Source of the DNA: an uncultured Eubacteriales bacterium
Lineage (GTDB): Bacteria > Acidobacteriota > Aminicenantia > Aminicenantales > Saccharicenantaceae
Assembly (NCBI GenBank): GCA_964458655.1
Contig: CAYWJT010000002.1
Location: 13,299 to 77,298 of the forward strand
Length of the DNA stretch: 64,000 bases
Direction of reading: 5' to 3'
This document shows, in pieces, positions 9,148 to 17,859 of this stretch. The translations under genes were made by a program, and so were the position numbers. Within the stretch, counting starts at the first letter, position 1; each line of letters opens with the position of its first letter. The notes under the pieces were generated by a model, which saw only the letters and a list, made by a program, of their open reading frames with translations, did no database searches and was not told where the DNA came from.

Positions 9148-11286
9148 TTGAATTTTCCGCTTTCCCTTCTTAAGCCTTCTCGAATATTGACACCCAGGCG
9201 TCCGCGCTTTGAAATATGCCGCCTGACCCGCGGGACAAGCCTCCTCTTGTGCGCTGCGCTGCTTTGGGCCGCGAGCCTCAACGCGGAGCAGACCGGCTCG
9301 AGGCCGCAGCTCTCGGCCAGCCATAAGGCCTGGCTCGAAGAGGAAGTCGTCTACATCATTACCCCGACCGAGCGGTCCGTCTTCCTGAAGCTCCAGACCG
9401 ACCGGGAACGCGAGCTCTTCATAGAAGCTTTCTGGAAGCAACGCGACCCTACTCCGGGAACCCCCGAGAACGAGTTCATGACGGAGCACTTCCGTCGGAT
9501 CGCCTACGCCAACCGCAGCCTCGGCCGGGACACCTCGCGCCCCGGCTGGAAGACAGACCGCGGCCGCATCTACATCATCCTCGGCGAACCCCAGGATATC
9601 GAGAGATACGAGGGTAGGTCATCGACCTATGACACGGAAGTCTGGTTCTACCAAGGGAAGACGGAGCTAGGGCTGCCGCCGGCTTTCTACGTGGTCTTTT
9701 TCAAGGAACGCGGCTCCGGCGAGTATAGGCTTTACAGCCCTATCGCGGACGGTCCCCAGGCCTTGATGTCGGGCTATATCGGGGACGTTGATCCGACCGC
9801 CGCTTATGAAAAGCTCCGGGAGATCGAGCCGAACCTGGCCGAGGTCTCCCTCTCGCTCGTTCCCGGAGAGGCCGGTACGGTCTACGGGAAGCCGTCCATG
9901 AGCTCCGACCTGCTCATCCAGAGCATCGCTTCGGCTCCGACCCGCGGTATCAAATCCCTCTACGCCCAGAAATTCCTGGCTTACAAGGACATCGTCGAGG
10001 TCGAATACACGGCCAACTATATCGATAACGCCAGCCTGTTCAGGGTGCTGAAGGACCCTTCGGGCCCATACTTCGTTCATTACTCGGTCCAGCCCCAACG
10101 TCTGTCCGTCAATCAGAGGAACGACGTCTTTTACACGACTCTCAAGGTCAACGGCCGCGTTTCGGCTACCGACGGCCGGCTGGTCTATCAGTTCGACAAG
10201 TCGGTCCCCTTGAACCTGAACGCGGCCCAGATGGACGAGGCCAGCCGGGTTCCCTTCAACTACCAAGACCTTTTCCCTCTCGTTGGAGGGGACTACACTC
10301 TGTCGCTCTTGATCAAGAACGAGGTGTCGAAGGAGTTCACGTCGGTCGAGGCGGCCTTGCGCATCCCGCAACCGGGGCCTGAGGTCCAGCTGACCCAACC
10401 CCTTCTTGGCTACAAAGCCGTCCGGCTCGAACCCGCCGCCCGCCGGATGAAGGCTTTCCGGGTCGGCGCCTATCAAGTCTTCTGCCAGCCGGACCGCACC
10501 TTCTCGCAGCAGGAGTCCCTGGCGGTGGCGTTCCAACTCCATAACCTGACCGGGACCGTCGCCGCGGCGGCCGAGGTCAAACTCGAGTTCCTCAAGGACG
10601 GCCGGCCATTCCGGACTATAGTCAAGAAACCGGTGCAGTTCGGAGGCTTGCCCGACGTTCTCGAAGAGATCCCTCTCGCGGACTTCCCCCCTGCCCATTA
10701 TGCGGTCAAAGTCGCCGTCACTTACGGAGGCGCGGAACTCGTCTCGGCCGTCGAGGAATTCGATGTGAGCTTCGCCGACCGTCTGCCCAGGCCGTGGTCC
10801 TTCTCCCGGGTCCTTCCCGACGCCGATGATCCCGCCTACTCGGGCATCATCGGCCTTCAGCTGTTCAATCTCGGGCGGCTGGCGGAGGCGCAAACGATCC
10901 TGGAGGACGTCTTCGCCCGGCTTCCGGGTTCCGAGGACGCTGCCGCGGCGCTCGCCCGCGTTTACCTGGCCCGCGCAGCGGCGTCCGACGCTGTCCGCAC
11001 GCTCGCGCCTTTCATGGACCCTGGCCGGACCCCGAAGTACGAAACCTACGTGCTGGCCGCCCACGCCTTGCGGCAGGCCCGCCAGTTCGGCGAAGCCGTC
11101 GCGGCCCTCAAGCGCGCCGTCGGTCACTACGGCATCAACGCCGCCCTCATGAACATGATGGGAGAGTGCCTGGTCGAGCTCGGCCAGGTTTCGGAAGCCC
11201 TGGCGGCCTTCGAGAAATCGCTCCAACTCAGCCCTGACCAGCCGTCGATCCGGGCAAAGGTCGATGCGCTCAGGAAACGCAAATGA
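9148..11286 (+). CDS. GWxTD-domain protein with C-terminal TPR repeats, secreted
   Basis: SRPGWKTDRGRIYIILGEP matches the GWxTD domain. Signal peptide LLLCAALLWAASLNA. C-terminal TPR-like helical repeats. The start is uncertain: the track start is a TTG and there is no in-frame ATG before the signal peptide. Confidence 0.65.
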   Translation: MNFPLSLLKPSRILTPRRPRFEICRLTRGTSLLLCAALLWAASLNAEQTGSRPQLSASHKAWLEEEVVYIITPTERSVFLKLQTDRERELFIEAFWKQRDPTPGTPENEFMTEHFRRIAYANRSLGRDTSRPGWKTDRGRIYIILGEPQDIERYEGRSSTYDTEVWFYQGKTELGLPPAFYVVFFKERGSGEYRLYSPIADGPQALMSGYIGDVDPTAAYEKLREIEPNLAEVSLSLVPGEAGTVYGKPSMSSDLLIQSIASAPTRGIKSLYAQKFLAYKDIVEVEYTANYIDNASLFRVLKDPSGPYFVHYSVQPQRLSVNQRNDVFYTTLKVNGRVSATDGRLVYQFDKSVPLNLNAAQMDEASRVPFNYQDLFPLVGGDYTLSLLIKNEVSKEFTSVEAALRIPQPGPEVQLTQPLLGYKAVRLEPAARRMKAFRVGAYQVFCQPDRTFSQQESLAVAFQLHNLTGTVAAAAEVKLEFLKDGRPFRTIVKKPVQFGGLPDVLEEIPLADFPPAHYAVKVAVTYGGAELVSAVEEFDVSFADRLPRPWSFSRVLPDADDPAYSGIIGLQLFNLGRLAEAQTILEDVFARLPGSEDAAAALARVYLARAAASDAVRTLAPFMDPGRTPKYETYVLAAHALRQARQFGEAVAALKRAVGHYGINAALMNMMGECLVELGQVSEALAAFEKSLQLSPDQPSIRAKVDALRKRK

Positions 11287-11308
11287 TCCCCAGCCGATGG
11301 AGAGAATA

Positions 11309-12274
11309 ATGAAACTCTGTTCGACCCTTGGACTGATCCTCTTGCTCCCGGCCTTGATCCTGCCGGCCCAGGACGACCTCGGTCGCGGCCGGATCAGCGG
11401 CAACGTCGTTGACGAGAGCGGGGCCAAGGTCGCAGGCGCCCTGGTGACCGTCGAGAGCCTGCGAAGCGACACGCGCCTGGAGGTCAAGACCGACAAAAAA
11501 GGCCACTTCGCCGTCGCCGGCCTGGGCACCGGGACCTGGCGGGTGACCGCTTCCAAGGAGGGCTATCTCAGCGTCGTCACCGAGGTCCAGGTCAGTCAGA
11601 TCAAGGCCAATCCGCCTGTCGACCTGACGCTCAGCAGGGCTTCGGGGAGCGGGGCCCTGCCCACCGCCGAGACGGGGGCCGCTCTCCTCGATAACGGCAA
11701 CGCCCTGCTCAAGGCGGGCCGGTACGACGAGGCCCTCGCGGTCTTCGAGGAATTCGCCGCGAAGTTCCCCGACATCTATGCCGTCCGCCTGAATATCGGC
11801 AGAGTTTTCATGGAGAAAGGGGACCTGGATAGGGCGGAGAACGAGTTCAGGGCCGTCCTCGACAAGAACGGCACGGCCTTGGCGGACCTGAGAAAAAACA
11901 AGGACACGTCGCTCAAGGCTCTTTCGGGCCTGGGCGAGGTGGCATTGAAGCGCGGCGATTTCGATTCCGCCCAGGGATTCTTCCGGCAGGCCCTCGAGAT
12001 CTCCCCTGAGGACCCAGCCGCGGCCTACAACGTCGGCGAGATCCTGTTCTCCAACCAAAAGACCGACGACGCCATCGCCTATTTCGAGCTCGCGATCAAG
12101 ATCAAGGGCGACTGGCCGAAGGCCTACCACCGGCTTGGGTTGGTCTATCTCAATAAGGGCGACCTCGACAAGGCCCTGGAGAACCTCAAGAAGTTCCTGG
12201 CGCTCGATCCCGGGAATCCGGAAGCGGCCGGGGTCAAAGCGGCTGTCGCCGCGATCGAGCAGATCAAGAAATAA
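11309..12274 (+). CDS. Secreted protein with a carboxypeptidase-regulatory-like domain and TPR repeats
   Basis: The ATG at 11309 is preceded by GGAGAG. Signal MKLCSTLGLILLLPALILPAQD. GRISGNVVDESGAKVAGALVTVESL is a CarboxypepD_reg-type beta-sandwich. It is followed by TPR repeats (ALLKAGRYDEALAVFEE..., AYHRLGLVYLNKGDLDKALENLKKFLALDP). Confidence 0.65.
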   Translation: MKLCSTLGLILLLPALILPAQDDLGRGRISGNVVDESGAKVAGALVTVESLRSDTRLEVKTDKKGHFAVAGLGTGTWRVTASKEGYLSVVTEVQVSQIKANPPVDLTLSRASGSGALPTAETGAALLDNGNALLKAGRYDEALAVFEEFAAKFPDIYAVRLNIGRVFMEKGDLDRAENEFRAVLDKNGTALADLRKNKDTSLKALSGLGEVALKRGDFDSAQGFFRQALEISPEDPAAAYNVGEILFSNQKTDDAIAYFELAIKIKGDWPKAYHRLGLVYLNKGDLDKALENLKKFLALDPGNPEAAGVKAAVAAIEQIKK

Positions 12275-12309
12275 CGTCCACGGCCCCCGGAGGGGAAAGG
12301 AGTCCCGAT

Positions 12310-13704
12310 ATGTTCGACCGAGATGTCTACTGCGCGAGAAGGGCCGGGCTGCGCCGGCTGATGGGCCGCGGCGTGGCCCTGTTCCTCGGGAACGACGAGA
12401 GCCCGATGAACTACGCGGACAACCCTTTCCGGTTCCGCCAGGACAGCTCCTTCCTTTATTATTTCGGTCTCGATACGCCCGGGCTGGCCGCGGTCATCGA
12501 TCTGGACGAGGGGACCGAAACCATCTACGGACCTGAACAGACCGTCGAAGACGCCGTCTGGACCGGCCCCCTGCCGTCCCTGAAGGAGAGGGCGGCCCGG
12601 GCGGGCGTGGAGGTCGTGTCGGCCCCGTCCCGGCTAGCGGAGGACCTCGACCGGGCCCGCCGCGGCGGACGCCAGGTGCATTTCCTGCCTCCGTATCGGG
12701 CCGAGAACAAGCTGAAGCTGCTGACGTGGCTTGGGGTTCCGCCCGAACGGGCTTCGGTCGAAGCCTCAGTGTCCTTCATCCGAGCCGTGGTCGAACAGCG
12801 GTCAGTCAAGTCGCCAGAGGAGATCGCCGAGATTGAGAAGGCCGTCGACATCTCCGTCGATATGCATCTCACGGCCCTCCGCCTGGCCAGGCCCGGCGTG
12901 ACCGAAGCCCGGATCGCCGCGGCCGTGCACGAGGTGGCCCTGGCCGCCGGCGGGGACCTCTCCTTCCCCATCATTGCGACGGTCCACGGCGAGGTCCTGC
13001 ACCAGCACGCCCGGACCGAGACGCTGAAGAGCGGAGGCTTGTTCCTGCTTGACGCCGGCGCTGAGACCCCTCTCCACTATGCCGGCGACCTTTCCACGAC
13101 CATGCCTGCCGACGCCCGGTTCACCGACCGCCAGAAGGAGATCTACCGCATCGCCTTGGAAGCGCATGAGACGGCCAAAGCGGCCCTGAAACCGGGCGTG
13201 CCGCATCTGGACGTCCATCTGGCCGCCTGCCGGAAAATCGCCGAAGGGCTTAAGGGCCTCGGGCTAATGAAGGGCGACGTCGACGAGGCCGTGCGGCGCG
13301 GCGCCCACGCCCTGTTCTTCCCCTGCGGCGAAGGCCATATGCTGGGCCTCGACGTGCACGATATGGAGGACCTGGGCGAGATCTATGTCGGTTACGAGGG
13401 CCGTCCTAAGAGCACCCAGTTCGGCCTGAAGTCGCTGCGCCTGGCCCGCCCGCTCCTCCCGGGTTTCGTAGTGACCGTCGAGCCCGGCATCTATTTCATC
13501 CCTCAACTCATCGATCTCTGGCGCGCCGAGAAGCGTTTCCAGGAATACATCGACTACGATCGCGTCGAGGCCTATAAGGACTTCGGCGGCCTGCGGAACG
13601 AGGAGGATGTGCTCATAACCGCCGACGGCCATCGCGTGCTGGGCCGCAAGAAGCCGCTTACCATCGAGGAGGTCGAAGCCGCCGCCGAACCGCCGGGCTT
13701 CTGA
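12310..13704 (+). CDS. Xaa-Pro aminopeptidase / M24B metallopeptidase
   Basis: Creatinase-like N-terminal domain plus an M24 catalytic domain with HMLGLDVHD and VEPGIYF metal-ligand motifs. Confidence 0.85.
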   Translation: MFDRDVYCARRAGLRRLMGRGVALFLGNDESPMNYADNPFRFRQDSSFLYYFGLDTPGLAAVIDLDEGTETIYGPEQTVEDAVWTGPLPSLKERAARAGVEVVSAPSRLAEDLDRARRGGRQVHFLPPYRAENKLKLLTWLGVPPERASVEASVSFIRAVVEQRSVKSPEEIAEIEKAVDISVDMHLTALRLARPGVTEARIAAAVHEVALAAGGDLSFPIIATVHGEVLHQHARTETLKSGGLFLLDAGAETPLHYAGDLSTTMPADARFTDRQKEIYRIALEAHETAKAALKPGVPHLDVHLAACRKIAEGLKGLGLMKGDVDEAVRRGAHALFFPCGEGHMLGLDVHDMEDLGEIYVGYEGRPKSTQFGLKSLRLARPLLPGFVVTVEPGIYFIPQLIDLWRAEKRFQEYIDYDRVEAYKDFGGLRNEEDVLITADGHRVLGRKKPLTIEEVEAAAEPPGF

Positions 13705-13804
13705 CTGGGCCGCGCCGTTCCGGTACTCCGCCCGGCGGGAACCAGCGGTCCGCAGGCTGGGTCGAAAAGGGCCGCCCACTCCTGAGGAGTCGGTCCCGGG
13801 TCTC

Positions 13805-15859
13805 TCAGTCGGCCGCGATTCGAACCGAGAGAGGGGACCTGGACTCGATCGGCAGGAAGATGACGAGGTTGTCGCCTTCGAGCCGGCGGTCCAGGCCGAC
13901 GCGAACCTCGGGGCAGTCCTTTCCGTTCACATAGACACTTGGCTTCTCGCCGTTCCAGCCCCGGACGCGCAGCACGGGATGGATGGCCGGCGCCGCGGGC
14001 CCCGCCATCAGGCTGATCTCGAAGCTCTTGGGTTTTCCGCCCTCGTTGACGAGCTGATAGCAGCGCTCGCTGCGGTCGTACCCTTCGGAACGAACGTCGG
14101 GGTCCCTCACGATGAGCTCGGGGGGATAAGCCCAGGACCGGCCGAAGGCCACGACCTGGGGAAAGGCCCAGTCCGTCATGCCGTAGAGCCCGGCCCAGAA
14201 CTCCCGGTCGTCTCGTTCGTGGATGACAGGTTCGGAGATCGGGAAGCTCGAACAATGGGAGGGGCGGTCAGACGTCAGGGTCGTCCGGCCGTCGCAGCGG
14301 GCCTGTCCCACCGGAAAATGGTTGCAGCCGCTCGCCCGACCGTAGGCCGCGAGGTTCTCGAATCGAAGGAACATCCTGTTGCCCGGCTCGAAGCAGATGA
14401 AGGGTTTGTTGACAGATTTGAACTGGTACTGCTGCACCGTATAGGGATGGGAGACCTCCCAGCTGAAAGGCCCGTAGGGCGGGGCGTTGGGATTCTCGAC
14501 GAAGGACACCCGGGCCGTCTTCCCGGCGTAGTCGGCGACGGTGACATAGTCCTTCTCCAGAAGGTCGGACACGATCTGACCGGGGTGAAGCAGGGCCAGA
14601 GTCTCCTGGAACTGACGCGGTTGCCCGAGCGTTCCCTTCTTCCAGCTGACCTTGCGGATCGCGCTGGCGTCGGGATAGATGTAATAGTACTCGTCGACCC
14701 AGCATTCCCAGCCGGTCTTGGGGTCCACCCGCCAGGTGTGGTCGTAGGCGCTGACCGGCGCGTAGCGCCAGTGGACGACGACTCGCGCCTCCGTGTTCTC
14801 GATAATCCTGACATGGGAGAACCGGCAGTGTCGGTCCTGCATGTGCTCGTAGCAACCCTCCCGGTCGCTCTTCTTGTCCTCCCAAGCTTCCACGCTCTGG
14901 TCGGACATCCAGTTCTCGTTCTCGGAAACCCACGAGGCCCCGTAACGGATGCCGCGCCAGAACACCAGCTTGACGGCGGAACCGGGGAAAGAGACGACGA
15001 TGTCCGGGTCCTGTTCGACCGGCCAGAGCCGGTCCCAAGCCGGGTAATACTTCAGCTTCGTATAGTAGGCGCCGAACCGCCCGGGGTTCTTCTCGACGGT
15101 GGGCAGCCGTCGCGGGGCGATGTCCGGCTTGAGGCCGTGGCCCAGCGCCGCGTGTTCCCTTATCGTCGCGGCCGGCAGGGCCTGGTCGTAGACGCGCACT
15201 TCGTCCACGATGCCGTCCAGGCCGAAATAGGCCGGCACCGTCCCCCAGGTCCTGTGGATGTCGGAGGGCTTGTCCGGCCGGGCGACCATTCCCAGGAGAT
15301 AGCCGGCTCGGGCGTGCGTGATAGCGCCGTTGATCTTGTTCGAAGCGATGAGCGTTCCGTTGATGAAGAGAGCCATCTCGGACCGGGCGCGGTACACGCC
15401 AACTACGTGCATCCACGTCCGCAAGGGTATCGCGTCCCGCGCGCTGGTGCAAGCCAGCCATTGGCCGCCGACGGCGCACTCCAGCGAGGCCTGACCCAGG
15501 GGGCCGATCATCAACCTGTAGCCTTTCACTTCATCGGACTCCGAGGTCAGGATCGGGCACCAGTTCCAGGGGTATTCGCCGAGCGCAATCCAGGCCTCGA
15601 CGGTGATCTCGTCGCCCGTCACGACCCGGTCTTGTCCCGAGGACCTTAGACAGGTGGTGAAGCCGTCCAATCGAAGCCCGTCGCCCTCGACGCCCGGGGC
15701 TTTCTCGACATAGCCTTCCACGGTGTCCCAGGTCTTGCTGACGACCTCCCGTGTTCGGGAACCTTCCAGCTTGTCGAAAGACCAATGAGCCTTTGGTTCC
15801 TGCGCGGCGGCTTTCACAACGCAGACGGCCAGGACGATGACCGCGAATTTCCTGTTCAT
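13805..15859 (-). CDS. Large secreted LamG-like (concanavalin-type) domain protein of unknown function, paralog family member A
   Basis: The ATG at 15859 (MNRKFAVIVLAVCVVKAAAQEP signal) is preceded by GGGAGGG; the track start at 15967 lies upstream. LamG-type segment GIVDEVRVYDQALPAATI. Conserved blocks shared with 32549-35326: HVRIIENTEARVVVHWRYAPV and WECWVDEYYYIYPDA. Confidence 0.6.
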   Translation of the reverse strand: MNRKFAVIVLAVCVVKAAAQEPKAHWSFDKLEGSRTREVVSKTWDTVEGYVEKAPGVEGDGLRLDGFTTCLRSSGQDRVVTGDEITVEAWIALGEYPWNWCPILTSESDEVKGYRLMIGPLGQASLECAVGGQWLACTSARDAIPLRTWMHVVGVYRARSEMALFINGTLIASNKINGAITHARAGYLLGMVARPDKPSDIHRTWGTVPAYFGLDGIVDEVRVYDQALPAATIREHAALGHGLKPDIAPRRLPTVEKNPGRFGAYYTKLKYYPAWDRLWPVEQDPDIVVSFPGSAVKLVFWRGIRYGASWVSENENWMSDQSVEAWEDKKSDREGCYEHMQDRHCRFSHVRIIENTEARVVVHWRYAPVSAYDHTWRVDPKTGWECWVDEYYYIYPDASAIRKVSWKKGTLGQPRQFQETLALLHPGQIVSDLLEKDYVTVADYAGKTARVSFVENPNAPPYGPFSWEVSHPYTVQQYQFKSVNKPFICFEPGNRMFLRFENLAAYGRASGCNHFPVGQARCDGRTTLTSDRPSHCSSFPISEPVIHERDDREFWAGLYGMTDWAFPQVVAFGRSWAYPPELIVRDPDVRSEGYDRSERCYQLVNEGGKPKSFEISLMAGPAAPAIHPVLRVRGWNGEKPSVYVNGKDCPEVRVGLDRRLEGDNLVIFLPIESRSPLSVRIAAD

Positions 15860-16052
15860 TTTCCGTTCCCTCCCGTCCAATGATGGAGTCCTATCCCTAG
15901 CCGGCATCCCTCCGGCGGGCCGAAAGCGACATCGCGGCCGAAGCGTAGAGTGCAACGCCCGGCGCAATCCATTTCTCCTCGTCCAGAGTCAGGGGCTTGA
16001 CCGCATAGGCGATCAGCGGCACATCTAGGGTTAGACATATTTCTATTTTATT

Positions 16053-16070
16053 ACATTAAGAAATAAATGT
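16053..16070. promoter_or_regulatory. Short inverted repeat ACATT-N8-AATGT in the AT-rich divergent intergenic region
   Basis: Read directly. Weak on its own. Confidence 0.2.
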
Positions 16071-16222
16071 CTTTTAAATATCGTCCGGGAGCGACTAAAG
16101 CCAATCGCTCTTTCGTTAGTCCCTTAGGGGCAGGGAGCCGGGCTCTCGAAGAATCAGATGGATGTGGGAGAAATGAAGCCGCCCGCGCTTTTTTCAAAGG
16201 GCAAGATATGAAAGGGGGCCAT

Positions 16223-16282
16223 GGCGATATCGGCCTTTCTCTTTGAGTATGCCTTCGACCCGGTTTTTTCGGCGATATCGGC
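16223..16282. repeat. Two copies of the 12-bp direct repeat GGCGATATCGGC (each with palindromic core CGATATCG), 48 bp apart, in the 512-bp divergent region upstream of the second ROK regulator
   Basis: Copies at 16223-16234 and 16271-16282. Candidate operator half-sites. Confidence 0.35.
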
Positions 16283-16371
16283 GGTCGAGAAAATTAATAA
16301 AAAAATAGTTGCATTTTAATTTTATTTGAATTACTTTATTAGCGTAAGAAACAAATAAGAAATTTCCAGCG

Positions 16372-17643
16372 ATGCTCAAAGAGATCGCCCACCGGAAAAC
16401 ACAGACGCGGGCCGGCAACGCCAAACTCATAAGTGAACTCAATAAGGTCAAGGTCATTAATCTCGTCCGCGACAATTACGGAATCTCTCGAGCGGATCTG
16501 ACCAAGCGCAGCGGGTTGAGCGCCCCGACCATTTCCCGGATCATCGACGGTCTTATCCGCGAAGGGTTCGTCACTGAGATAGGGGCCGGAGTCTCCCGCG
16601 GCGGCCGCAAGCCGACCTTGCTCAGGTTCTCCGGCATCGACAGCTACATCATCGGCATCGACCTCGGGACTACGAACATCTACGGCGTCCTGACCGACCT
16701 CGAGGCCAACGTTATCGCCGAGATCAAGATCCCGACCAAAGTCGAAGGGGGATTCGACCAGGTCATGGAGCGGACATCCGAAGTGATCAGCGAGCTGCGC
16801 GGTCATCTCCGGAACCGACAGGGCCGGATCTGCGGCATCGGTCTGGCCATCGCCGGGCTTATCAACAGGGAGCTCGAGATCGTCGAATTCTCGCCGGACT
16901 TCCATTGGCACAATGTCGATGTCCGGTCCTACCTCAGCCGCAAGCACGCCGACATCCCGATCGTCTTCGACAATGTGACCAGGGTCATGGCCTTGGGCGA
17001 GATCTGGTACGGCGCCGGGCGTAATTACCAGGACTTCGTCATGGTCAACATCGGCTACGGCATCGGCGCAGGCATCATCATCCGCGGCACCCCACTCTAT
17101 GGGAGCCTGGGCATGGCCGGAGAGTTCGGGCACATCACGCTCGACAGGGATTCGGATGTCCAATGCGAATGCGGCAATTTCGGCTGCCTCGAAGCCTTGG
17201 CTTCCGGCAACGCCATCGCCAAGGCCGCCCGGAAGGAGCTCGAACGCGGCGCCGCCTCAGAGCTCCTCAAGGCCTGTAACGGCGATCCGGCAAGCCTGAC
17301 AGCCGAGATGGTGGCCCAGAGCGCCAAGCGGGGAGACCTGCTGGCCTGGAGAGTCTTCGACCTGGCGGCCGAATACATCGGTATCGGCATCGCCGGTTTG
17401 ATCAACCTGTATAATCCCGAGGCCGTTTTCATCGGCGGCGGGGTCGCCCAAGCCGGCGACATCCTCTTCGACCGGGTCCGGAAGACCGTCCAGGCGCGGG
17501 CGCTGAAGAAGACAGCGGAGGCCGCTTCCATCCTGCCCGTGACGTTCGGACCGAGAGCGGCCGTCATGGGAGCCGTTTCGCTGATCTTAAGCGGCATCGT
17601 CAACCTCAATTTCGAACAAGACAACTATTCTGCAACGAGTTGA
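16372..17643 (+). CDS. ROK-family transcriptional regulator (second paralog)
   Basis: wHTH GISRADLTKRSGLSAPTISRIIDGL, then ROK fold with HITLD...CECGNFGCLE. About 55-60% identical by eye to the 62-1333 protein. Confidence 0.85.
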   Translation: MLKEIAHRKTQTRAGNAKLISELNKVKVINLVRDNYGISRADLTKRSGLSAPTISRIIDGLIREGFVTEIGAGVSRGGRKPTLLRFSGIDSYIIGIDLGTTNIYGVLTDLEANVIAEIKIPTKVEGGFDQVMERTSEVISELRGHLRNRQGRICGIGLAIAGLINRELEIVEFSPDFHWHNVDVRSYLSRKHADIPIVFDNVTRVMALGEIWYGAGRNYQDFVMVNIGYGIGAGIIIRGTPLYGSLGMAGEFGHITLDRDSDVQCECGNFGCLEALASGNAIAKAARKELERGAASELLKACNGDPASLTAEMVAQSAKRGDLLAWRVFDLAAEYIGIGIAGLINLYNPEAVFIGGGVAQAGDILFDRVRKTVQARALKKTAEAASILPVTFGPRAAVMGAVSLILSGIVNLNFEQDNYSATS

Positions 17644-17859
17644 AATGACCACCTTTATGACAACGAGGCTCGGCTAGGATCATGATTGGAATGCGATCGG
17701 CGCATGCAGAGCGAGAAGTTTCTTGTCTAACTATATTAATTAATCGAAACCTTCGCAGGCAGACCCTGCGCCAAGGAGGTGGAAGCACGAAATACAGGGG
17801 ATTTACGGCTAAAGGGATTTGAGCGGAGTCTATCGGCAATCGAGAAAGGAGAGCAAAGA

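Noticed and set aside
9667-11556. 629-aa minus-strand ORF
   Set aside because: It is antisense to the GWxTD gene, whose sense frame carries the recognisable GWxTD motif. The antisense translation is low-complexity and Arg/Gly/Pro-rich, typical of high-GC antisense frames.
13979-15649. 556-aa plus-strand and 403-aa minus-strand ORFs
   Set aside because: Alternative frames within the LamG-family gene 13805-15859. The retained frame is supported by paralog homology.
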